From Folioceros fuciformis (Eukaryota), in assembly GCA_049999805.1 (NCBI GenBank), contig JBNGIO010005921.1, positions 1-64,000 on the forward strand: a stretch of DNA of 64,000 bases, in the 5' to 3' direction. The notes under the pieces are model-generated. The model was given only the letters and a program-made list of their open reading frames with translations, had not been told where the DNA came from and ran no database searches. Each line of letters begins with the position of its first letter. The stretch's first letter is position 1. The position numbers and the translations under genes were made by a program. Shown here piece after piece: positions 1 to 15,514 of this stretch.

Positions 1-1107
1 CTGGCTCAGGCACCTAGGGTGAATAGTTGCAGGGGAAGACTTAGCAGGCGGCCATCCAACAAGGAAGAGGCGGCGTTCGCAAATCTTTGAAGATCAGACA
101 TCCTCCGAAGTCTCAAGATAGTCTAAGAGGTGGTAGATCCTTGTGGTGGTAGGGCCAGCTCATTGGTGGCAGGATGTGCTAGAAGTCTAAATAAGTGGCT
201 GGTGACAGCCGGTTAGGCTAGTGTTCCTATTAAAATAATATTTGTCAAGTTAGAGAGAGATGAAGTCAGAGAGAGAGAGGCTTCTATAAGTTCAGGTGAG
301 CCTGTAGGAGGAGGTAGTCATTCACTTTGAGAGTCAGTCTATCACTTCGTGAGCTCTTAGAGGTACTCTCTACATAAGCTCTTGTGGTCCGTCCCTACTT
401 GGGTTAGGACATGCAGTGCGTGTTGCCAGCTGTGAAACGTATGGTAGGATCGCAAACCGCGTGTTGCCAGTTGTACAGTGTTTGGTAGGATCACAAGGTG
501 TAATGACCAGGGTGAAGGGGCTTGCCTCTAGCTCTTGATTGTAAAGGATGTGTCTTTCTCTCGACCTGTCCACTCTTGTTCCCTATTTGGACAAGTGTTG
601 TAGGCTGGTCATGTTTCATGGCGTCTGGTAAGGTTGTGGGGAGGAGATATCCGAGAGGGGAGTATGTTCCCTTCTTTCTTTTCTTTGGGGTTAGTCCAGT
701 GACTCTTGCCGGGTAGGAGGAGTTAGTACGAAAGTGTAGAAGGTAGTGGTGTCGTTGTTGGTTGTTGGTGTTGGTGTGGGAGCGAGAGAGTGAGTGAGTG
801 AGTGAGTGAGGGAAGTCGCAGGTCTAAGAGGTCAGGGTTGTTGTAGTGACTGGAGTGAGTTTGTGGGCACCAAGAGAGGTGCAGCTGACCGCTGGACAGC
901 GAGGCCTGTCCTACGCCTGATCGGAGCTGGAGAGGAGCCCTCGAATCCATCATCGAGTCGATTGAGTCCGACCCTCCATCCACAGCAAGAAGGAACCCCA
1001 TCGCTCCTTCGTGGGAACGGAACCCAATGTCTCAACGACAGTGAGATAAGTGTGGCCACTAAAGGTGGAACCCGTCGGCAATTAGTGCCCGGGGTTTTGC
1101 CTCCACA

Positions 1108-1630
1108 GAGACTCGAGGGTGAGGACACAATGGCAAGGAGACTCGAGGGTGAGGACACAATGGCAAGGAGACTCGAGGGTGAGGACACAATGGCAAGGAG
1201 GCAGGAGGGTAGCCATACATGCCTGAGTAGTTGAGACCAATAGCTAGGTAGTGAGGACACAATGGCAAGGAGACTCGAGGGTAGTCAGGCATGCTCAGGT
1301 AGTTGAGGCCAATAGCTAGGTAGTGAGGACACAATGGCAAGGAGNNNNNNNNNNNNNNNNNNNNNNNNNNNNNNNNNNNNNNNNNNNNNNNNNNNNNNNN
1401 NNNNNNNNNNNNNNNNNNNNNNNNNNNNNNNNNNNNNNNNNNNNGGCCAATAGCTAGGTAGTGAGGACACAATGGCAAGGAGACTCGAGGGTACTCATGC
1501 ATGCTCGGGTAGTTGAGGCCAATAGCTAGGCAATGAGGACACAATGGCAAGGAGGCAAGAGGGCAGCTAGACATGCCCGGGTAGCCGAGGCCAATAGCTA
1601 GTCAGGAAGGACACAATGGCAAGGAGGTTG
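1108..1630. repeat. Tandem/compound repeat with core GAGGACACAATGGCAAGGAG (30-bp units, then ~72-bp units), interrupted by an assembly gap
   Basis: The core recurs at ~1121, 1151, 1181, 1253, 1325, 1462, 1535 and 1608. N-run at 1345-1444. Confidence 0.9.
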
Positions 1631-2732
1631 GAGAGCAGCTAGACATGAGAGCGCAACAGTAAGGCAAGTATTGTCTAACACACATGCATAGTAGTAGTAA
1701 GTAAGGCAAATATATGTTGACACAAGCATAGCAGTAAGGTAAGTATTGGTATGCATATACTTGTCTTATACGAGGAAGCCACACCATACATATGATGAAA
1801 ACGATATCTGAATGGTATGAACACCAAACGCTTTACCATGGTATACTTGCCATGGATATATAAGCAAGATGCTTGGGCACTTTATGCTCTAACACATGTT
1901 GTAAGTGTTTATTTCATGATCTTTATAGAAAAAATAACATATGAAGTTTGTGATGCTGTGGATGAATCCTAATTCATACACGTCACTATCATTAAACGCT
2001 AATTAAGCCAGAACGAGGAAGTAAAGTATACGGACATGCTTTTCACACACGGGGCAGCTCACAATATTGAGAGATTTGTCGTAATGGGGGATGTACTTTA
2101 ACATGTGTAGAGAGAACTTTCCTGGCTGTGCGGTACCGGTACGTCATAACCGGTCTCCGGTCTCCTCACTGTGATTGAAGACAAAAGAATTGAAGTCCAA
2201 CAAAGACGGATTTGCATCGTGTGACTAAGATATTTCAAATTAAATCTAAAAGCATTTAAATAATATGAATAGTTCTGCGTCAATAGATAGAGAACCGGGA
2301 CACGGTCCGGTGATGTTCTCAACGCCGTCTGCCCACACTGCCGTTGCCGTTGCATACATGTCTGCGAATGGCGTTTTTGCACAAGGTCTTCTGGACATCG
2401 TCGCACTCCCTAGGCTGAAACACATGCTGGGTATTGTACAGTACGTACTTATGATAGTACTGGAGCGAAACCACACACATATTTCCATTGACTGCACGTG
2501 TTTCCAGTCAAGGAGCTTGGGTTGGACTGGAGGCGGGTGCACCAGGTCGGAAGATGTCCAGGGCTTTTGGACTTGATTTGATGTGTCGTGTGAGGGGGTC
2601 TGTCATTGTTGCACTGCGGAGCACGCCATCGTGTTACTGAAGACTTGGGGATCGATCTGGGGACGCAGAGAAGGTTGGGAGGACGAAGGAAAGGGAAGGG
2701 ACGGGACGGAAAATCCTTGGCAAGCGACAACC

Positions 2733-4069
2733 ATGGCAATGGCAGCTGCGCGACTTCCGCATTTGCCGAGGGAAGACCACGCTTTGGAGCTACCGCGGAT
2801 TGCTGGTACTATTGGAGTCCGGAATAGGAGGGTCCGCTGCTGCGCGTCCCGGTGTGCCGTCGGATTGGCCACGCTCGCTGTGCTACGAGGTGGCCCGTTG
2901 CAGGCGTCGAGCCCGTGGCCGCTCCGGCAGGGGAGGCGTTCAAGGCCGGCCAAGCTTTCCGCCGCTGCTACCAACAGCCCGAGGTAGGTGGGCGACGCCG
3001 CATTTGAAGGTGCTGCGTTGATGGTTGTCCGGATGAGCCGATGGTTGACGACAGCTGTGGTCGGAGCAGAGATGAAGAAAGGATGGACATTCTGCGGAGC
3101 GTAGTCGGATCGGTCATCAGTATGTGAGTGCTGCAACCACAGCTTTGAGTCAGATTCTGGTTTATTTTTAGGAAGATGCGAGGAGGCACTTACTCAAAAC
3201 GCGTGGAGTTGCAGAATCAAAGGAATTTTGGGAGTGCTCGGGAGCATACCTGGGCTTCTAGGCAGTATATTGGCGAAGGAGAAGGATTTCGTTGAGGATA
3301 TCGGAGGTAGCGTTAGCTGTTCTTGTCGGGTTCATGTTCCGTGGTATATGTGTGTCCGTCATGCGGGGCATTCCTAACCCCTCCCTTTGGCCGCAGACAA
3401 TATTCAGGATGCTGCCGATGCTGCAGAGGCGGTGGTGAAGGCTGTTGCGGAGGTTGCAAGAGCCGTGGAACACATGGCAGATGCAATCGCAGATTCAGCT
3501 GAGGAAGCCAACGAAGTTCTGGAGGAGGTGAGGAAGCTCACCTGCACTCTACTGTACTGTGCTGAGGTAAAGCCATCTGACTCTGCAGTAGCAGGGGTGA
3601 GAAGTGATTTACTGATCAGTTGAATACAAACCAGGTAGAGAAGAAAGCCAAGGTGATCAAGGAAGAAGTGGTGGAGGCCATCGAGAACCTGGAAGAGACG
3701 GTCAAGCAGGTCGACCACGCAGCAGTGGACAAAAGTGGGGAGACGGAGGTGAAGGTCACCATCCAAAAGGTCATTGTAACGGAGGGGGACGTGGACAAAG
3801 ACTCTGTAGAGGTAGATACTACCACCGTCATTGTCTCAAAACCAGCAGATATGGACGCCCAGGCAAGCAACAAATCTGCTTTCCACACTGCGCTCATCAG
3901 CCAAGTATTCCGAATCTGGATAGCTTGCATAAATCATCTTGCAGCTGCATTACACTGCGTATGGCGGGGCAGGCCCAGACTGCTGCTGGGGGCCTCCTTC
4001 CTGGCCTTTCTGTTCTGGACGTCAGGCCTGGTGGATCCCCGTATGCTGTTGCCGCTCATGCTTGCTTAA
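2733..4069 (+). CDS. Uncharacterised protein: transit-peptide-like N-terminus, Ala/Glu/Val-rich helical region and C-terminal hydrophobic anchor (5 exons)
   Basis: In-frame GT-AG model: 2733-2983, 3055-3123, 3215-3306, 3397-3527, 3635-4069. It reads MAMAAARLPH...SVVGSVISIIKGILGVLGSIPGLLGSILAKEKDFVEDIGDNIQDAADAAEAVVKAVAEVARAVEHMADAIADSAEEANEVLEEVEKKAK...LLLGASFLAFLFWTSGLVDPRMLLPLMLA*. Confidence 0.65.
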
Positions 4070-4510
4070 CGTCGCACCAATGGTGCTTCTATGCTGCACG
4101 TAGAGAGAAGAAAAAATATTTACACGGGCAGCCATAAGGAAACACCTACACACTAACAGATACGATAAACATCTCACAAACTTTGTGGGTTAGTACTCGG
4201 GATTCAGCACGAGTATGATCAACAACATTAACGCTTGAAGCCATTGAAAATTTCACCTCCCTCTATCGTGACAACACATAAGGTGACACATAAAGGTTGC
4301 CAGTTCGAGAGATGGCATGAAAGCAACCAACTGCTTCCAAATCGGCCAAGGCGCTCTATGGGGATTACCTGTTCTAATACTATACAAAGATGAGCCTTAC
4401 GGAGCACATGGTCCCGAGGTTTAGCCTCAGGAAAGTCTCACGTAACCCTGGCACACAGGTATGCTGGAAATGGCACCGCCGCCAGGCATGCATCTGAGCT
4501 GTCTCAAATA

Positions 4511-7365
<2,855 letters not shown>

Positions 7366-8589
7366 GGAAGTCCCTGTTCCTGCCCGCTGCCGGAAGCCAG
7401 CTACGTTGCCTCCACGTTCAACAAGATCGTCGCACCAAGCATGTAGCTGGTACGAATCACTGATCACTGAAGAATGGGAATATTAATGCCTGCTACCTAC
7501 GTATCATACTTGACCTCTTGTACGTAGGTATGTATTATTCCTGGTCAAACTAGTTCCTCAGTAAAGCATTTATTTTATTTTACGTACATCGGAAATTATG
7601 TTCGGACATGGTAGTGTGATTACAACAGCAGCCTTCATATATATAGCGTACAAGGAACCTATCCAAGAACAGGGAAACTAGAATATTTTTATAATGTTTA
7701 ATTCCAATTAATAGTATTACTTTATTTATTTTTATTATAAATATTATTATATTTAATTTAATAGAGATGAGATATAACTGTGAATAAAGAATTCCAAAAA
7801 AAATCACTATCATCTCAAACCTCAGGGATAGGGTGTAGTTATAAGCGATACCTAAAACAATCACTAAACACCATCACCAAGACTCTAAGTATTACTCAAT
7901 TAACATCCAAAGGTAAGAGAGAACTATGCATCCTTGCCTAAGATGGGAGCTTAACTCTGTTTGTTTGACCTTAGTGAAGGTAAAAGAGAACTGCCCATTC
8001 TTGCATAAGATTCACGACCTTACCTCTATCCACTTGCATACGAGGTTAAGTGGATAGAGCCCTAAGCCTCAACAAGACCATAGGCTCAAAGGGACATTAT
8101 GTAGCTTTGTACCTTAGCATCTAAATTTATGCTTTCTATCCTAAGCTCTCACATCCTATGCTCTCTTAACACTAAATTCTCGCAAAGCATAGAATGACTC
8201 TAGCCTTAGGCTATGCCTTTGTTTTCATTAAGGCTCACATTAAATACTCTTATAGCAACAAACCTTTCTTAAGCTCGTAGCTAAGTCTTACCCTAAACTT
8301 ACATCAACTTCAAGACCATGTTTCCACGCATGCTCCTAAATGAAGAAGAATTATATTAGAGTCCACTAAGGACAAAGATTTCTACTAGAGTATACTTAAA
8401 TCTTAGAGCATGGCATACATGGTTACTTTCTCCCCTTCAAGAAAAGGGAGTCCTTGTCCTCGATGATAGCCAAAGTGAATATTCATGACCACATGTCCTC
8501 CTGGCATGAGATGTCCATTAATGTTACTCAAACTAGACTAACTCTCCATGCAATTTAACCGTATTTGTCGGTTGAATTTCTTAAATCCA

Positions 8590-9620
8590 TTGATTTCAAA
8601 AAAACAAGATGGAAAACCCATCTACCCCTAAAGAGAGAGATAAATAATGTTTGGGATCCTAGAGGCTAACCGCCTAAAGTCTAATGACTACCAATATGAC
8701 CTAAAACATCATGGCATAAAAGGAGAAATGGTCTACTTACCGTTAGATTTGTTAAACTCGTCTTTCTCTCCACGAAAAAAAAGTCGCCTCTCCTTCTAAT
8801 GTCATCGTCTTGTATATGGCATAGCCAACATTTATTATAGACCAATGAAAACCCTCTGCCGAAAGAATGGTGCAACACACGAAAGAGAAAGGCCAAGCCC
8901 ATTTTTCCTGTTATGAACCACAGTGCGCAAGACTTCAAAAACTTGGAAAATGCTTTGCACTTGGCCCCCCGGGTTTCAATTCCAAAGGGGATAAAGGCGT
9001 GTCCAGCCTACAGAGGGGTGTACTTGTGAATCTTGGCCAATGCAATCCCTTGTGCCACCCCAACCTTGGGAGTTGAGAACAACATGCTTGAAACTGAGAC
9101 CCGTGTGGGCCTGATTATAACTACGTCAGCGATGGAAACATGTTGTTTTCCCTAGATGAGGAAAAGGTTAGCTTGAAGAGAAACGCCATTAAGTAGAGTG
9201 TATGGGCACTCCTTGTAGGGAAGAAAAATAGCCTCCATGCCCAACAAAAACATGACATCCCACACAACGTTAAGCGTAGGAATCTGTTGACCCCCAACCT
9301 GGCAATGGGCAAGATGAGTACTAGAGTTTGTTCAATGGTGCCCCACAATTGCAAAAGGAGAGAGAGTAAGCCAAAGGACCAAACCAAGGTGAAACCTCAT
9401 CGCACTAAAAATGTAGCTAGCATGATTTGCAAAGCCTGGATGCAAGGTTGAGCCAAGAACTTGCGCCCTTTCTTGAGCATGAATGGAGCCATACCTGAAT
9501 GGGCCTAGGAATAGAAGGATACTAGAGAAGACTGAGTTGCACCATCTCATATTCCTTCTTGAGAAGAGAAGCTCAGAGCCCCCCAATCCCCACGGCAAGA
9601 AGAGAAAACTAAGGCATAGT
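8590..9620 (-). mobile_element. Degenerate 3' part of an RLE-type (CRE-like) non-LTR retrotransposon
   Basis: Broken minus-strand translation gives AMRFHLGL, a CNCG...HLAHCQVGG zinc knuckle, ...LNGVSLQANLFL...IADVVI, KIHKY...HAFIPFGIETRG (restriction-like endonuclease) and FRQRV. Many stops and frameshifts. Confidence 0.65.
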
Positions 9621-9629
9621 AGCCCTACC

Positions 9630-12096
9630 CAACTAACTGCATCTTATTAATAAATCTCCTAATAGGGCAAGGCTGTGAAAGAGCAGGTCCCAGAGGAGAT
9701 GTGGTCTGGAAAGAAGCCGTCATACACGCATCTACGAGTGTTTGGCTGCGAGGCATACTACGATGTTCCGAAGGAGTTTCGGGACAAGTGGGCTCCTAAG
9801 TCAAAAAAATGTGTTTTTCTTAGCTATGGTGAATCTGGTGAGATGGGATACCGTCTGTGGGATCTAGAGGCCAAGAGGATGGTTCGCAGCAATGACGTGT
9901 TCTTCAATGAGACCAAGATGCACAAGAAGCCTACTCCAACTGTGGAGGTGCGACGGGTGGTTTTTCAAGAAGATGGATTTAACCGTCCAACGTGGGTTGA
10001 ACATTGTGATGTGCAGGATCAAGTTCCTCCTCTTGTAGAAGAGACCAGCTCCGGTCGAGGCACCAGTGCTTCGTAGGTCAGGAAGGATTTCACGTCCTCC
10101 TGACAGGTATGTTGCATCTCTTGATTATGTCATGCTGACGGACTGTGAAGAGCCCTCTTGTTATCAAGAGGCCATGTCAGTGACTGACAAGGACAAGTGA
10201 GAGAAGGCGATGCAGTCGTAGATGGATTCGCTCCATAAGAACCAAACTTGGGAGTTGGTTTGGTTGCCTAGGGGCAAGAAGGTGTTGCCATGCAAATGGG
10301 TATATAAGATGAAGAACATACCCCATTATGGCAAACCCAAGTACAAGGCATGATTGGTTGCTAAGGGTTTTAAGCAATAGCAAGGTATTGACTTTGATGA
10401 GATTTTCTCACCGGTTGTCAAAATGACCTCCTTGCGATGTGTTCTTGGTCTGGTTGCGAGGAACGACATGGAACTTGTCCAGATGGATGTGAAGTCGGCA
10501 TTTTTGCATGGTGATCTCCAGGAAGAGGTATACACGTAGCAACCGGAGGGTTTCATTGAGAAGAGCAAAGGAAATCTGGTGTGCAGGTTAAAGAAAAGCC
10601 TTTATGGTTTGAAGCAGGCACCCATGGAGTGGTATTTCAAGTTCCACTCATTTATGCTTTCTCAAGGCTACAAACGTAGCGATGATGATCATTGCCTCTA
10701 TACAAAGCAAGCTAAGGATGGAAGTTTGCTCATTCTGGTCCTCTATGTGGATGATATGCTAATTGTTGGGACTAACAGTGATGAGATTTCAGCGTTGAAG
10801 TCAAACTTGAATGGTAGTTTTGACATGACAGACTTGGGAGAGGCAAGCTATATTCTTGGCATGCACATTTATCGAGAAAGGCAGAAGCATTTGCTTTACT
10901 TGTCTCAGACTGAATACATTAACAAGGTGCTTCAACGTTTCAATATGAAGAAGGGAAGGTATTGAGTACTCCGTTGCCTCCATATGTGAAACTATCGAGC
11001 AAGGATTGCTCAAGCTCTACGGAGGACAAAGTTGAAATAGAGAAAATTCCGTACTCATCAGCTGTAGGGAGTTTGATGTATGCAATGATTGCTACACGTC
11101 CTGACATTGCTTTTGCAGTGGGAGTGGTTAGCAGGTTTATGTAAAACCTTGGCAAGAAGCATTGGGAGGCAATGAAAGGAGTTATGAGGTACTTAAATGG
11201 TACGAAAGCTTTGTGCTAATGTTTTGGTAGTGAAGATGCATCTGTCGTGGGATATACGGATGCTGATTATGCAGGGAATATGGACAAAAGGAGGTCCACA
11301 GCAGGTTATGTCTTCATGTGCACTGGAGAGGCAGTCTCATGGCGATCTCGTTTGTAGTCGTGCATAACGCTATCTACCATAGAGGCCGAGTATGTTGCAG
11401 CGACTAAGGCTTGCAAGGAAGCCATGTGGCTTGCTCGTTTAGTGGGAGATTTGGGGATCAAGGTTGAGCTGCCAGTGTTGCATTGTGATAGCTAGAGTGC
11501 TATCCAATTGGTGAAGAATCCAGTGTTTCATACGAAAACCAAACATATGGAAGTGAAGTATCACTTTATTCGAGAGGTGTTGGAAGACAAGAGGGTACAG
11601 CTTGTCAAAGCTCACACCAGTCAGAACCCTGCAGATGTTCTTACCAAGGGGCTCTCTACAGAGCAATTCGCACAAGCTCGGACACTCATAGGCATGAAGT
11701 AGACTACTCTCCTATGAAGGTAAATTGGCCTTTAAGTAGGAGGTTGTAGGGTTATTAAAGCCCAATATGCTTAGACTAATGTGTTTAGTCTAAACCTAGT
11801 GTCTAGTTAAGTATCATTAGTTTAGATTAGCTTAAGCTAATTTGTAGGAAGCTTCTTACGCAGCTTCCTGTGGGCTTCTTGTGAAGCTTCCTAGGGAGCT
11901 CTTCTAGAGGGTATAAATTCCCCTTTGAGCTCCCTTGCTATTGTGAGACTCATTGTGAGAGTGTGACCTCTCTTTCTCCTCCTCCTTGCCTCTCCTCCTT
12001 TCTTTGACCATGCTCCTGTAGCGATCCTACATTTCGAAGGCTCGATGCAATAAATATTATGGAGCGAACATACATATTTAGTTAGCTTTACTAACA
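9630..12096 (+). mobile_element. 5'-truncated, degenerate Ty1/copia LTR retrotransposon (integrase C-terminus, RT, RNase H, PPT, 3' LTR)
   Basis: HLRVFGCEAY...[60 protein letters not shown] and KNPVFHTKTKH. Multiple in-frame stops and frameshifts. Confidence 0.95.
11745..12096 (+). repeat. Putative 3' LTR of the copia element
   Basis: It follows a purine tract (AAGTAGGAGG), begins TGTAGG, ends CTAACA and contains TATAAAT at ~11912. No 5' LTR partner lies in the window. Confidence 0.6.
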
Positions 12097-13769
12097 CAAC
12101 CCTTCTAAGAGGATGTGAAAAACCTTGTAGTTGGAAGCCAAAGTAAAAGCAAGCATGAAAGCAAGTACTAGGTCTCCAAATAGCCCACCCTTCTCTCCTA
12201 AGAGCACTCACAGTTAATACTGTCGCCACTACTTTTTTGTTTTATAATAATGAGAAGTCAACAAGAATATACAACATTGGAAATCTAAACTAGGAGCTTA
12301 GCTCTCTCTCACGACCTCACTTCTCTACGAGGGCTCTCTTAAATTAAAGAGAGAGGACATCATGCTCTCAAGGCAAGCGACGAGGTATTAAATTTGTTTG
12401 TGTTCTTAGTCTAAGGCTAGGAACCCCTTCAACTGAAGCCTCTAGATACACATAACTAACTTTCACTTTTTAACTTAAGCTCCAAGCTAAGTTATATCAC
12501 CACTCATTCTAGGGTTGCATGTATCAGGTATTCTCCTTTAAATTTGGCAAGCTCTCTTGCGTGCTCCTTTAGCAAGCTTTGTTATTGATTTTGTGTTTTT
12601 AAAAATATATTATACCTTAATAATAATCATATTTTAATTTAGTTATAGTTTTCATCTTAATTATATTTTTTTATTTATTTTACTTTATTGACAACCCTAA
12701 ATAGAAATAATATCAACGCGTTGAAATGGTATACCAATGTCTTAAGCTCATGACTGTCTACACACATTGGATGACCATAGAATAGAAATTTCATTCTTTC
12801 AAAAGACAAATTCTCTCAACATATAGTGACACTCATCCCCACTCTGCAACCTCAACCACCTCACATGGTCAAGAGGTTTCCGCCACAACTCACAACAGAA
12901 TTAGAATTTGAATGCAAATCAATTAGACCATAGTATGGTCTAATTGACCAACTGTTTTAACCATACCTTGTTATAACCTTCACTTGACAAGCAAGAGTTT
13001 GCTAATGGAAAATGATGAGGGATTGCTCTCCTAATCTTTGCCATGCTAGCCAAGGCAAGCGTAAGGACCCATCCTTCCTAAGGACATGTATAGCATGTAC
13101 GAGAGGATGATCAAAAAAGGCAATTTTGGATAAAAGGTGTAAGCATAACTATTCAACAACTCATCCCAAGTGACAAAGCCTAGAACATGGCGTCCCTTCG
13201 AAAGCAAGGGAAGGATATTCCCACAAAGTACGAAGGCTCCATCCCTTTTAAGTAATTAATTTTTTAAGTGTTAACAAGATCGGATTTCTTAAGTCGCACA
13301 ACATATCCTACATATCATTAATCTCAACCTCTCAATCATTGTGGAAACACATCTTACATCTTCGAGAAACACCTCATAGGCTGAAGTCTAAAGCTCTAGC
13401 TCACCATTATACAAACAATATCACACAAAAATGTACTCACACAGAAATATTCTTATTAAAGCTGCATGCATGATAGGTAGCCCGAAATTGTGCTTATGAA
13501 GGTTGCAAGGATCTAATTAGTCTGCGTTAGCAGCTATTGGGTAAAGTGGGGAACGTCCGCTCAAGGACTGATCCATGCTAAAGCAAACTAAATGCGACAA
13601 AATGGAGTACCCACCGATTCTTCTAACTTGAGTTGTGGAGTTGAGGAGAATGGAACATCACAGTAGGGAGCACAAAGAAACACCAAAAGGGAAGGCCAAA
13701 TGCTCCTTGAAATCGCAAGTCCCATGATTGTACCCATAGCCTACATCTCATCCACGCTCATAGAAATTA

Positions 13770-14590
13770 TTGGCCACAACCTTGGTTGCTTCGGGCCATT
13801 GCTAGCCCTTTGCCCCCTCCTGCAACATATGGAGCTCCAAGCGGAAAGCCTCTCCCAATAGCATACCCCGAACCTCATCTTACAAGATCGGGCAAGCTTA
13901 GCAGTGCCATGTAGTTGAGGGGTTGTTGCTAAGGGGGGGCTTGAATATCCAAAAACAGGACGTTTGCAGACATTGAAGCCACCTACTCCTTGGTTGCCAT
14001 GCATTGGTCAAGTCCCTTGCAAGTGGCTTTAGGGAGTAGAGGGGCCCTAGCTACTTGGGAAGGGTTGCGAGGAGGGTGACCAGCTCCCATCATAGGAGTA
14101 GGATCCTGCACACCATGGTATTGAAAGCGATTGTGATGTCGTTGATGAGTCTCCTATTGCTTAGCCTCGTTATCTTGTTGCTCTCGATGTGGATGTCGCT
14201 TTTTTTTAATTTGGTACTCATGGGGAGCCTCATATTTTGAAGACAACAATGAAAACATGTTAGCAGTGTTCAGAATGTGACAATTGCCCCACAAGCAAAT
14301 AACATACCACCGCACAACGGATTGACATATTTTCACTAGAGATACTTGAAGAAATGCACTAGAACAAAATTGGCTGGTTCATTTGAAATCCTACAGAGCA
14401 TGTAGGAGACTACAGCAACGATTAACATCAGGGAACTTATGAGGTTGAATTTTCAGCAACACTCAAAGCTTGAGGTACAACTCTCATAATTTATGGTATT
14501 TTCCATCGTGATCACCAACTTGCTTGGAACAACGGGAAAAGGACCTGTCCAAAAGTATTTAGCATCCAATTCGTCCTTAGCGGTGATCCT
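13770..14590 (-). pseudogene. Degenerate CDKC paralog fragment (homologous to exons 10-11, intron retained)
   Basis: 14590-14520 reads RITAKDELDAKYFWTGPFPVVPS (functional copy: RITAKDALDAEYFWTDPVPCAPS). From 14243 it reads LSKYEAPHEYQIKKKRHPHREQQDNEAKQ* (functional copy: LPKYEASHEFQTKKKRQQHRKQQDEMAKRQ). Both acceptor AGs are mutated. Confidence 0.85.
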
Positions 14591-14657
14591 TTACAAAGAC
14601 ATCAATGTTGTGAAAAACAGCTAGTTAGCAAGATCGGGGGAGTTCCGCCAGGGACTT

Positions 14658-14845
14658 TCCCGAATATGCTATATCCCAACTATCTTGGCTTGGCAGTTCC
14701 CGAACAACTCACTCCTACTCATGGAGAGTCCTACTCATGGGAGTAAGTAAGAGCTGATGGTGCACCGGCTGCTTCAAAACTTTCTTTTGAGTGAGTTGTT
14801 TGGGAATTGCCTAGCCAAGATAGCTAGGATAGGATGTATTCGGGA
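14658..14845. repeat. 57-bp imperfect inverted repeat with 74-nt spacer (MITE-like)
   Basis: 14658-14714 matches the reverse complement of 14789-14845 at 47/57 positions by hand alignment. Confidence 0.8.
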
Positions 14846-15514
14846 CTGCTTTTCACTATACTTGGCCTTCATTGGCCTTAGACTTGTCTTTGTGGCCTTA
14901 CAACCTCCAATTTCCTCCCTACTAAAAGTCCCTCAACATAAATATGTTCTCACACCATTTATATATCTAACTAAGATATATTTCATATAAAAAATATGAC
15001 ATACAAATATTCTCACATCATACATACGATGAAGACAATATTTCATACAAACCATGCAGCTTCCTTCCTTTCCAAGCAAGGAATGCACAAGCCAAGGGAT
15101 TTCTACCTGTCTCATGGTTGTAGTATGCATGTACGTACTGTGACTGTGAGAACAATGCTCAGGCCGGAATGGTTGCGGCATCCCTCTTCAGGGGAAGCTA
15201 GATCCAGCTATGGACTCCGATTGGACTCTCTACGTGGGAAATCTCCGTCTGTCGGTCTGTACGGAGAATCCGTGTGTAGGAAGGATCGGGTGGTTTTGTC
15301 GTCTGATTGTTTGGCGTTGATGAGGTCGCGGGCTTGGCGACATCTCACCAGCACGCTCATCGTATGTAGGTAAGAGTAGTACAAATGTAAAGCTGGTCTA
15401 CGAACCGAAGAATGTTTGACGGGGATGTGAACCTTGGTGGCTCGACGGCTTGGAGCAGATTTGGATTGCAAGGACTAGGGTCACTGGTAACGAACCCCGT
15501 GTGCGTGTTGGTAT

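Noticed and set aside
806-1574. Repeat-encoded ORFs (RLEGEDTMAR repeats and similar)
   Set aside because: They are translations of a DNA tandem repeat that stay open in several frames; there is no evidence of a gene.
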